The notes under the pieces were generated by a model. That model was not told the DNA's origin. It saw only the letters and a list, made by a program, of their open reading frames with translations, and searched no databases. Of a DNA stretch of 64,000 nt, positions 1-7,507 are shown in pieces. Position 1 is the stretch's first letter; every line of letters starts with the position of its first letter. The DNA is taken from IMG/VR virus record IMGVR_UViG_3300002026_001292, one strand, 5' to 3'. The translations under genes and the position numbers were made by a program. The stretch comes from an uncultured virus (IMG/VR IMGVR_UViG_3300002026_001292). Its lineage: Duplodnaviria; Heunggongvirae; Uroviricota; Caudoviricetes.

Positions 1-8
1 CAGAGGGT

Positions 9-515
9 TTGTTTGGAGATAAATTAGAGTTTGTTTGTTCGCCTATTGAAGCTAATTCTTGTAATAAAGGCGGGGATGTATTTGAAGATTTAGAAATTAC
101 TGAGTTAAATGAAGAATTGTTGAATAAAGTCGAACGGGAAAAGTCCTGTGACGAGATACCGTTGTATACCGACCCAATCCAACCTTTTGCGACGAGATTA
201 TTTGATAAAAAATTGTCTAAAATAGAAGCTGAAATATATTCTAAATATAATGTTAAAAACAATTTGAAAAACATTAAAAGAAAACAAAAAATAAATAATT
301 TTCTTAAGAAGCTGCACTTATCAAGATTTAATTTATCTGTTGAGAAACACAATGTTGAGCTTAACGATGCAGTTAAAGAAGTTATATTGAAAATGAATAA
401 TTTAGACAGCGAATCATGTATTGAAAGAATGCAATTTATTGGAGAAAAGCGAGTCAATGCGGTACGTGAATCGATTGAGTCTGGGAAACCAGTTTTATAT
501 GCTCGTCCATTATAA
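9..515 (+). CDS. hypothetical protein (possibly 5'-truncated by window edge)
   Basis: Open frame at window start; no recognisable motif. Confidence 0.5.
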   Translation: MFGDKLEFVCSPIEANSCNKGGDVFEDLEITELNEELLNKVEREKSCDEIPLYTDPIQPFATRLFDKKLSKIEAEIYSKYNVKNNLKNIKRKQKINNFLKKLHLSRFNLSVEKHNVELNDAVKEVILKMNNLDSESCIERMQFIGEKRVNAVRESIESGKPVLYARPL

Positions 516-518
516 ATC

Positions 519-869
519 ATGAGAGAGTATTGTTTAGATTGTACAATTAAGCACTTGGGACAGGCATACGCTTTGCATGGAGAACTTAAGCAAGGGTATC
601 CAAAACATCTTGTAGGAGTTATAGGACATCTTGCAGAAGCTTCAGAAGAATGTATCGCCATGTCCCAAGAATTAGCTGACAAAATACGCCAATATAGATT
701 GTTACTGTTAGAGAATGCAGTAGATATTGTATTTAACGGTAAAGATGTTGATATCCCATATTTTGATTTATTCATGGAAGTTATGCAAATGAAAAAAGAT
801 ATCGGTTGCGGTAATTGTTCGAAAGCTTCGGATGATTTCAAAGAGAGATTGAAAAATAAATCAAAATAG
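519..869 (+). CDS. hypothetical protein with CxxC/His motifs (possible metal binding)
   Basis: YCLDCxxKH...GHLAEASEEC and CGNC. Confidence 0.55.
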   Translation: MREYCLDCTIKHLGQAYALHGELKQGYPKHLVGVIGHLAEASEECIAMSQELADKIRQYRLLLLENAVDIVFNGKDVDIPYFDLFMEVMQMKKDIGCGNCSKASDDFKERLKNKSK

Positions 870-872
870 TTC

Positions 873-901
873 TTGATTTTTTAAATTCTATATTGTATAG
901 T
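873..901 (+). promoter_or_regulatory. sigma70-type promoter for Ubl-Ro60 operon
   Basis: TTGATT-N17-TATAGT; same pattern recurs through the window. Confidence 0.65.
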
Positions 902-920
902 CTAAATATCGTTGAAATAA

Positions 921-940
921 AAACAAACAAACAAACAAAC
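921..940 (+). repeat. (AAAC)x5 tandem repeat in 5' leader
   Basis: Five perfect AAAC units just upstream of the GGAGGT RBS. Confidence 0.85.
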
Positions 941-959
941 AAAGAAATGGAGGTACATT

Positions 960-1259
960 ATGACAGAGGCAATTAATCAGTTGGATCTTTCGGAAGGTTT
1001 CGTTATGGACAATGAAGTTCGTAGAAATGAAGTCATTGTTACATTGGATGGACGGGATATTGCAACGCCTATGGGTTCTCTTGGAGTATCTATGGAATCA
1101 ACTCCTAAGGAAATTCTGGATGCTGTTGGCGGTATTATCGAGGAAGCGGAAGGAACTCGCGACGGCTATCAGGATGCTTATGGCGATTTTACTTACACCG
1201 TTCGCAAGGCAATGAATTCAAATACTATTTATGTATATCCTAAGCCTGTTGCTGGATGA
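960..1259 (+). CDS. putative ubiquitin-like (beta-grasp) modifier protein
   Basis: 99 aa, strong RBS, ends in a beta-strand plus terminal Gly (IYVYPKPVAG); JAB and ThiF/E1 genes nearby. Fold inferred, not verified. Confidence 0.55.
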   Translation: MTEAINQLDLSEGFVMDNEVRRNEVIVTLDGRDIATPMGSLGVSMESTPKEILDAVGGIIEEAEGTRDGYQDAYGDFTYTVRKAMNSNTIYVYPKPVAG

Positions 1260-1300
1260 TTAAAAGATTGTAAACTAAAATAAAGAAAGAAGGTAAAACT

Positions 1301-2902
1301 ATGGAATCAAAGACAATGAATGTTGACGCACTGAATGAATACTCTGATGAAAAGAGATTGAGTATCTACAAAATGCTTTCTGCGGCATGTACTCATTTGT
1401 ATTCAAAGGGTAAGTTGCAGGAAGATAAGTTTATTAAGGTATCTGAAGTATTTGCTGATTTGGCAGTTAATGATCCTGTTTTTATGGCTCATTTGACCGC
1501 TTATTTGAGCAAGCAGGAATCTAAGGACTTGAAGGTTCTTTCTGTATTCTTTAACTCCTTGAATGATGCAAATGGAACTCCTTTCTTCAAGGGAGCAAAA
1601 CAGTGTAAGCCTAACTATAGGGATGTTAGTTATGCCGTATTGCAGCAGTTTGATCCGCATTTGGCGTTGAGAGTTTTGACGCTTGCACATAAGAAGTTTG
1701 GAGTTAAGGGCGTACTGAATGAGTCTCGCCACTTCCCAACTGGATTGAAGACTGCTTTCCGTAAGTATATTGGATATCGTGAGTCTAATATTGAGTCTTT
1801 GCGTGGAATGAAGAAGAGCGGTTTGACAAAGAAGATGCAGCAGATTTATCGTTTGACTCATACAAAGCCTAGCGATAGTGCCGTTGCTATTCTTCGTTGG
1901 AGTCAGAAGGATGGTAGAGATGTACAGATGGAGAATTTGCCAGACTTTGCTAATATGACTTCTAGTGAAATCGCAAGCAAGTTGGGTGAGATTAAGCTTT
2001 CTCCAACGGTTGCTTTGTCAGTTATTCCACAGGAAAAGATTACAGCTAAAGTTGCGGAAGCTCTTTTGAAGGGATGTACTGGTAATCAGTCTATCATTCT
2101 TTACAATTGGTTTGCAAGTAATGGGTTCTTGGACGTTAAGAGTATTAAGTCTCTTTTCAAGGATAAGGTGGCGACATCTACTACTGCTGTGGACAGAATT
2201 GATACATTGACTAAGAATGCAGATGAAGAAGACAAGCAGGAAATGGCTGAAATTCGTTCGACTGTTAGAAAGAGATCGGCAAAGACATCCGAACTTGGTA
2301 AGATTTATGTTCATATTGACGCAAGTGGTTCTATGCAAAACGCAATTCAGTTTGCTATGGATAATGCATCGACCATTGCAGAATGTGTAACGGAACCTGC
2401 CAAGAACTTCGGTTGGGGTCTTTTTGCAAGTGTTGGACGGAAGTTGCCAATTCCTTCTAATTTTACGAAGGAAGATTTCTACAAGATTCTATATGGTGCT
2501 AAGGCTGGTGGTTCAACGGATTGTATTGCTTTATATGGTGACGCTAGAAGAATGGGGGCGGAAGTTGATATTTACATTACTGATCAAGGTCATAATGTTG
2601 GTACGATTTCTAAGAGGATTCTAGATTTCCATACAAGTAATCCAACAATTAGCAAGCCAAAAGCTGCTGTTATTATCGATTTCAGCGGCAATAGGAATGC
2701 TCAAATTGTAAATCAGTTGGAAGATGGATTGAAAAAGGCTGGAATTCCAGTTTCCATCATGTTCCCTGAAGCACTTAAGGAGTCTGCATTAATCTCTCAG
2801 AGTGTTGCAACTGCTATTAAGGGCGAATTGACGGTTATTGAAGAAATCTTGGAAACTCCATTGCCATCGCTTCCAAAGTGGTGGGATAAAGTTAACAAGT
2901 AA
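1301..2902 (+). CDS. Ro60/Rsr-like TROVE + vWA RNA-binding protein
   Basis: 533 aa; helical N-terminal region with DPVF and YRLTHTKP (cf. Ro60 LRLSHxKP); vWA MIDAS DASGS, GSTDC, ITD. Confidence 0.8.
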   Translation: MESKTMNVDALNEYSDEKRLSIYKMLSAACTHLYSKGKLQEDKFIKVSEVFADLAVNDPVFMAHLTAYLSKQESKDLKVLSVFFNSLNDANGTPFFKGAKQCKPNYRDVSYAVLQQFDPHLALRVLTLAHKKFGVKGVLNESRHFPTGLKTAFRKYIGYRESNIESLRGMKKSGLTKKMQQIYRLTHTKPSDSAVAILRWSQKDGRDVQMENLPDFANMTSSEIASKLGEIKLSPTVALSVIPQEKITAKVAEALLKGCTGNQSIILYNWFASNGFLDVKSIKSLFKDKVATSTTAVDRIDTLTKNADEEDKQEMAEIRSTVRKRSAKTSELGKIYVHIDASGSMQNAIQFAMDNASTIAECVTEPAKNFGWGLFASVGRKLPIPSNFTKEDFYKILYGAKAGGSTDCIALYGDARRMGAEVDIYITDQGHNVGTISKRILDFHTSNPTISKPKAAVIIDFSGNRNAQIVNQLEDGLKKAGIPVSIMFPEALKESALISQSVATAIKGELTVIEEILETPLPSLPKWWDKVNK

Positions 2903-2930
2903 TAGTTGTTTTAATGTAATGGAATGAATT

Positions 2931-3293
2931 ATGAAGATAAACGATATTGTTAAATTAAAAAATGGATATGAATCTATTTTGGATCAAAGGATTCCCGAAG
3001 GTCATTGTAAGGTATTTATTCCGGCAGGTACGAATGGAAGGATACACGGTATGGTTTTTGATGACGATTCTAACGTTAAAGAACTAACTATTTCTTTTCT
3101 GTTGTCGCCACATAGCGGATTGCAATTTATAATTAACAATGTTTGTCCTAATGAGGTGGATGTTGTCAATCATAAAACGAAAACAATCAAGTTCTTATTG
3201 AAAATTTCACCTTATTGGCTAAAACTAAAAATCGCCCAAAACCTAACGAATGATAGGCTTATAAATTATAAAAATTTGAAAGGCTTATTGTAA
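2931..3293 (+). CDS. hypothetical protein
   Basis: ORF in operon; no motif. Confidence 0.55.
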   Translation: MKINDIVKLKNGYESILDQRIPEGHCKVFIPAGTNGRIHGMVFDDDSNVKELTISFLLSPHSGLQFIINNVCPNEVDVVNHKTKTIKFLLKISPYWLKLKIAQNLTNDRLINYKNLKGLL

Positions 3294-3836
3294 GTGAATA
3301 TAATTGACGCTCAAATATGTTACGCAGATACCTCTCTTGATTTTTTGAGAGAGGTATCTTGCTTTATAACTCCAGAACACGGACTTCTATCTTTGACAAC
3401 AAATGATAGTGGTGGTTCAGTTGATTTTGGGTGGGATAAGATATGGGATACATTACGTGCTAGTAAAGTTAAATCTAGTTGTGTAATTATGATTCATTCT
3501 CATCCAATGGGAATGTCTACAATGTCTCCAATTGATTTTAATATGGTACAGGGATGGCGATTGGCTTTGGGAGTGCCTATTCATTTCGATATTGTTACGC
3601 AGGCTCGTGGTTATAGTGGTGGATTGGTTTCATCTTGCAAAGTCGATAGGGATGAAAGTAAGAAAATTGTTATGAACCGTGAAACTTTTAATGACGTAGA
3701 ATGGTGTAATCCTAACTATAGAATTGTGTATGAAATAATTTATGGATTATCTAAATGTCCTATTTTAATTCAAGATGATATATTAGAAATTGAAAATTAC
3801 ATCAAGAGTTCTTCAATTATGGAGTTTGTGTTATGA
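3294..3836 (+). CDS. JAB/MPN+ (JAMM) metallo-isopeptidase
   Basis: N-terminal Glu (REVS) and HSHPxxxxxMSxxD motif. Confidence 0.8.
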   Translation: MNIIDAQICYADTSLDFLREVSCFITPEHGLLSLTTNDSGGSVDFGWDKIWDTLRASKVKSSCVIMIHSHPMGMSTMSPIDFNMVQGWRLALGVPIHFDIVTQARGYSGGLVSSCKVDRDESKKIVMNRETFNDVEWCNPNYRIVYEIIYGLSKCPILIQDDILEIENYIKSSSIMEFVL

Positions 3837-4144
3837 TTGAATTCATTTTTAAGTTAATAGACCGTATAAGACGCCCTGTTCATGTGGTTTCAAGCAATGA
3901 TGACGAAATAGATCGACTTTTATATCAAATCAAAAAACAAAGTAGTGAGATAGAAGAGCAAAAGTTAGAGATAGAAACTTTAAAAAATCAGTTGTTTTCA
4001 AATAGAGTGGAGGTAACTCCTGGTTATAATTCGTTTGATAAACCAATACAAATTAAATTGAATACGTATGGAATTGTTGGCAGAGATAGAGAGAAACTTT
4101 TAGAACATGTGGTGAATGAATTGGTAAAGAAAGCTGGTTGGTAA
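3833..4144 (+). CDS. hypothetical coiled-coil protein
   Basis: ATGA overlap with JAB gene; heptad-like segment. Confidence 0.55.
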   Translation: MIEFIFKLIDRIRRPVHVVSSNDDEIDRLLYQIKKQSSEIEEQKLEIETLKNQLFSNRVEVTPGYNSFDKPIQIKLNTYGIVGRDREKLLEHVVNELVKKAGW

Positions 4145-4159
4145 TAGAACGGAATAAAA

Positions 4160-4705
4160 ATGAAAGCATATAAAGCAACATATAATATGGAATGTCTAGA
4201 AATGACGTATGAAGTTGGTAAAACCTACACCCACGACGGACAACTAGTAATGTGCCAAAAAGGTTTCCATTTCTGTAAAAAAGCCCAAGATACATTGAAA
4301 TATTATTCTTACGATAAAAATTTTAAACTCATGGAAATAGATGTTACAGGATATGTTATTGATAAAGGGGATAAATCAGTTACTAATAAATTCACAGTAA
4401 TCAGAGTAATTCCTAAATCTGAATATCCTGAATTATTGGGTTTAACTTTTGATGAAAACAATAATCTAACAAAAAAAGTCGATGAATATGGTAGAATAAT
4501 TTTGTACGAATATGACGCAAACAATAATAGGAAAAAATTAGTATATCCAGATGGAGCAACTTATTTTTGGGAATATGATGAAAATAATAATTTGACAAAA
4601 TTAGTATATCCAGAGGGAGAGACTTATTTGTACGAATATGACCAAAACAATAACATGATAAAAAGAGTAGATTCAGATGGTAAAATTCAAACGTTTGAAT
4701 ATTAA
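4160..4705 (+). CDS. phage protein: N-terminal YEVGKTY/CxxGFHFC domain fused to YD/RHS-like repeats
   Basis: Four repeats of the form YEYDxNNNxxKxVxPDG at the C-terminus. Confidence 0.7.
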   Translation: MKAYKATYNMECLEMTYEVGKTYTHDGQLVMCQKGFHFCKKAQDTLKYYSYDKNFKLMEIDVTGYVIDKGDKSVTNKFTVIRVIPKSEYPELLGLTFDENNNLTKKVDEYGRIILYEYDANNNRKKLVYPDGATYFWEYDENNNLTKLVYPEGETYLYEYDQNNNMIKRVDSDGKIQTFEY

Positions 4706-4720
4706 AAAGAGTATATTGAA

Positions 4721-5485
4721 ATGAATGTATATGGAGTTATTTTAAATGGAATGTGGTATTCTAATCGTTCTGAATTTAGAATGAATGGAATCGCTAACGG
4801 CATTTATAGCATGGATATGGATGCAGACGATTTTCGTTCAACCATATCTCCAGCCAATATAGATGATGCTCGTAAATTTTTCAGTAAGGCATCAAAAGTA
4901 AAATTAATCAGAGGAATATCGTTTCATGATGGTATTATTCCTGAAAATCCAATTTCCTACAAGTCTATTCCATTAAAGGTGAATGATTCTACCTATGATG
5001 AATTTGAAGAGATTGAAGTTGCCCGGTTGAAAGATAAAGTCTGTTATTATTTGCAAACAGTATATACAAATAAGTCTTATGCGTTGTTGGACGTTAAGAC
5101 TGCATATGAAGAGAAAAAGCCTTTAGATGGCGTTAAGGATGTTACTCCAGAGATGCGAATGGTTTATACTTTCCATTGCTTTGAAAGGAAGCAGGAAGAG
5201 ATTAGAAAGGCTGTTTTGGAGCCTGAGCAAATTATTCGGAGAGCTATGTCTGAGGGCGGTGCTGAAGTTGAGTATGTAAAGAAGAATAATAGAGGATTTG
5301 AAGTTCAGTGGAATTCTGGCGGACATACTATTAATACTCAGTTAGATTCTAATTATAGAGTTGTTGAAGCTGGTTTTTGTGTTAGTAATTGGGACGGGAC
5401 GCAATCAGCTAGGTCGTTGGTGAATGTATTGGATGATTATGTCGAAGGTGGCGATTACGTTCATAAAACAAGAACCGTAAAATGA
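4721..5485 (+). CDS. candidate E2-like conjugating protein
   Basis: C-terminal beta-rich domain ending AGFCVS..D....SLVNVL, resembling E2 GxICL plus helix; context inference. Confidence 0.4.
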   Translation: MNVYGVILNGMWYSNRSEFRMNGIANGIYSMDMDADDFRSTISPANIDDARKFFSKASKVKLIRGISFHDGIIPENPISYKSIPLKVNDSTYDEFEEIEVARLKDKVCYYLQTVYTNKSYALLDVKTAYEEKKPLDGVKDVTPEMRMVYTFHCFERKQEEIRKAVLEPEQIIRRAMSEGGAEVEYVKKNNRGFEVQWNSGGHTINTQLDSNYRVVEAGFCVSNWDGTQSARSLVNVLDDYVEGGDYVHKTRTVK

Positions 5486-5495
5486 GGAGGTTGAG

Positions 5496-5771
5496 ATGAT
5501 TGAAGATTATAACGGTAATATTAAAATAGAAGCGTTTTTGGCAAAGTTGCATTTTGCAGGTAAAACTGGAGTGACATTACCAATTCCAGAAAAACGAGCA
5601 AATGAACGCATTGAATTTTTAATGGAGTGGCTTAAAAAGGGTTTAATATCAGGTGAATTTTACGACAGGGAAACAAAACTTATTAGGTCTCTGTCGTTAA
5701 ATGAAGAAATGTATCAAGAATTTTGCGATTTGGCTTCTATGATAAGACGTAATGGATTCATGCAAGAATGA
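5496..5771 (+). CDS. hypothetical protein
   Basis: GAGGAGG RBS, ORF. Confidence 0.6.
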   Translation: MIEDYNGNIKIEAFLAKLHFAGKTGVTLPIPEKRANERIEFLMEWLKKGLISGEFYDRETKLIRSLSLNEEMYQEFCDLASMIRRNGFMQE

Positions 5772-5778
5772 TTTAGAA

Positions 5779-5806
5779 AGGATTCTTTTAAAGAAAATTT
5801 GAAAAT
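5779..5806 (+). promoter_or_regulatory. SigH-type promoter
   Basis: AGGA-N18-GAAAAT, ATG 6 nt downstream (likely leaderless). Confidence 0.6.
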
Positions 5807-5812
5807 ATTTTA

Positions 5813-6139
5813 ATGAAAATTTTAAAAGTAAGTGAACGAGTTGGCGGAAAAACTCTTAAAGAAAATGGAGTATGTCATCTTGTCGTCATGTATCGAGCTG
5901 TTAATGCAAATGTTCAGTTTTTTAACAATATGGATTACGTTACTTTGAGCAAGAAATTTGCATTAGAACATGCCGAACATATGATGTGGACTGAAGAAGA
6001 AGACCAACACGTAATTCAGGCGATGATAGATCCACAGTATGTAGCTGATGCATCTAATCCTGGAGAATATTTTTATATTGGAAATCAAAAAATAGGTAAG
6101 ACTATAAAAGAATTTAAGTTCGCAGAATATTCTAATTGA
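5813..6139 (+). CDS. hypothetical protein, possible ADP-ribosyltransferase-like fold
   Basis: YRA...YVTLSxxFAxxH...GEY pattern loosely like ART R-S-E elements. Confidence 0.35.
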   Translation: MKILKVSERVGGKTLKENGVCHLVVMYRAVNANVQFFNNMDYVTLSKKFALEHAEHMMWTEEEDQHVIQAMIDPQYVADASNPGEYFYIGNQKIGKTIKEFKFAEYSN

Positions 6140-6148
6140 AAATAAATA

Positions 6149-6177
6149 TTGATTTTTAACTTGATATGTTGTATAAT
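6149..6177 (+). promoter_or_regulatory. sigma70-type promoter for ncRNA 1
   Basis: TTGATT-N17-TATAAT. Confidence 0.7.
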
Positions 6178-6215
6178 AGAAACAGTTCAGGACATGATTT
6201 GATCTTTGAGATTAT

Positions 6216-6352
6216 GGGGATGTAGACAAATGGCAAAGTCACTATTCAATTAAAAAATAGCAAACAGCGATTATTACTTCAATTGTTTAATAGCAATTGC
6301 TCATCTAAACGCTTACAAACTTTTGGGGGTTCGATTCCCTCCTTCCCCACCA
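6216..6352 (+). ncRNA. tRNA-like ncRNA copy 1 with about 60-nt insertion at the variable arm (candidate Y RNA)
   Basis: Acceptor GGGGATG/CTTCCCC+ACCA, D stem GAC/GTC, CTATT/AATAG stem with 9-nt loop, T arm GGGGG-TTCGATT-CCCTC. Confidence 0.75.
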
Positions 6353-6361
6353 CTTTAAAAT

Positions 6362-6676
6362 AAATATTGATTTTTGAAATAATATTTGTATAATGATGAT
6401 ACGAAACGATTTACTTGATCTTTAATAATTTATGGAGAGGACGCCTAACGGTTAGGGCAACTATTATTGGAATAGAAAAACAGCGATTACGTCTTCAATT
6501 GTTTAATAGCAATTGCTTTTTAAACGCTTACAAACATATTAGGTTCGACTCCTAAACTCTCCACCACTTTACAATTTTTAAAAACAAATATTGATTTTTG
6601 AAATAATATTTGTATAATGATGATACGAAACGATTTACTTGATCTTTAATAATTTATGGAGAGGACGCCTAACGGT
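6362..6676 (+). repeat. 91-bp exact direct repeat (promoter + leader + ncRNA 5' end), period 224 bp
   Basis: 6362-6452 identical to 6586-6676; each has TTGATT-N16-TATAAT. Confidence 0.9.
6434..6566 (+). ncRNA. tRNA-like ncRNA copy 2
   Basis: GGAGAG/CTCTCC+ACCA, D stem GCC/GGC, CTATT/AATAG with 5-nt loop, same insert, T arm TTAGG-TTCGACT-CCTAA. Confidence 0.75.
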
Positions 6677-6810
6677 GGACGCCTAACGGTAGGGCACTAT
6701 TCAGTTAAAATAGCAAAAAAAATACAGCGATTATGCCTTCAATTGTTTAACCGCAATTGCTTTATGAACGCTTACAAACATATTAGGTTCGACTCCTAAA
6801 CTCTCCACCA
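6658..6810 (+). ncRNA. tRNA-like ncRNA copy 3 (14-nt duplication in D arm)
   Basis: Paralogue of copy 2; GGACGCCTAACGGT present twice (6663-6690). Confidence 0.7.
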
Positions 6811-6839
6811 CTTTTAATTTAGCGTATGAAATATGACGC

Positions 6840-6955
6840 AAGCCGAACCGAATATGCTCCTTGAGATAGTTAATGGGTTAGGCTTAGATAGCGAAGTTAC
6901 AAGGATTAGATGCATATAATTCTTTCAACATGGTCTTAAGTCCAAATGCCTATCT
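6840..6955 (+). ncRNA. possible structured RNA(s) in array
   Basis: Stems AAGCCGAACC/GGTTAGGCTT (6840-6885) and AGATAG/CTATCT (6886-6955); no ORF. Confidence 0.35.
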
Positions 6956-6981
6956 TGAGATTTTTGTTCTTTTTTAATTTA

Positions 6982-7102
6982 AAGCGATCCCTTATGAAGT
7001 ACTTACAAGCAAGTTCATATTGGTTGAACAAATCACTATTAATGATTCGGATCTGGTTCAAATCCAGAGCAAAAAAAATAGTACCGTTAACTTGGATCGC
7101 TT
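6982..7102 (+). ncRNA. Y-RNA-like ncRNA: terminal clamp enclosing tRNA D/anticodon/T arms without an acceptor stem
   Basis: AAGCGATCC/GGATCGCTT; GTTCA/TGAAC; AATCA-CTATTAA-TGATT; TCTGG-TTCAAAT-CCAGA. Confidence 0.7.
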
Positions 7103-7127
7103 AACTTTTTCTTGTTCTTTATAATTT

Positions 7128-7255
7128 TGACTTGTGGTCTACGAATAATAACCGAGATGTTTGTAGATGAAGCCTTCAATTGCTGCTAAAAGCGATAAAA
7201 CACTTTCTCAGGTTTTGCAGGAGTCGGCGTAGAGTAGACATTCTCTACCAAGTCA
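7128..7255 (+). ncRNA. rod-like structured ncRNA
   Basis: Nested stems TGACTTG/CAAGTCA, GTCTAC/GTAGAC, AACC/GGTT, GAGA/TCTC, TGTTT/AAACA; carries the CTTCAATTG motif of copies 1-3. Confidence 0.55.
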
Positions 7256-7265
7256 TTTCATTTTA

Positions 7266-7401
7266 CCAACAATCCCTTATTCAGTGCTTACACGCGAATA
7301 TAGCTCATTAGGTTAGAGCATTATCCTTCCAAGATAAACGTAGGCGGTTCAAATCCGTCTATTTGCACCAAAAATAAAGCATTTACAACTTGGATTGTTG
7401 G
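7266..7401 (+). ncRNA. Y-RNA-like clamp RNA enclosing a full tRNA-Gly
   Basis: CCAACAATCC/GGATTGTTGG; flanks paralogous to 6982-7102. Confidence 0.7.
7294..7370 (+). tRNA. tRNA-Gly(TCC)
   Basis: Cloverleaf: GCGAATA/TATTTGC, TTATC-CTTCCAA-GATAA, TTCAAAT loop, encoded CCA; discriminator A. Confidence 0.85.
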
Positions 7402-7410
7402 AACTTTTTA

Positions 7411-7442
7411 AAAAGCGTATTATTAATTTAATACGCTTTTTT
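7411..7442 (+). terminator. intrinsic terminator closing the ncRNA array
   Basis: AAAAGCGTATTA/TAATACGCTTTT + T-run. Confidence 0.8.
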
Positions 7443-7507
7443 GTTTTTATCTTGATTATTTGACTGAATGGAGTATAATATTAAAAATAGAAATAGAAAG
7501 GATTTAT

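Noticed and set aside
4118..4144. KKAGW ending as another copy of the IG.KAGW motif
   Set aside because: Only four residues match; upstream motif absent
6216..6810. CRISPR array or ordinary/intron-containing tRNAs
   Set aside because: Units are promoter+RNA cassettes without unique spacers. The insert lies 3' of the anticodon-position stem, is too short for a group I intron, and the loops are not canonical anticodon loops
7460..7507. TTG-start extension of the E1 gene
   Set aside because: Overlaps the promoter; RBS precedes ATG 7508
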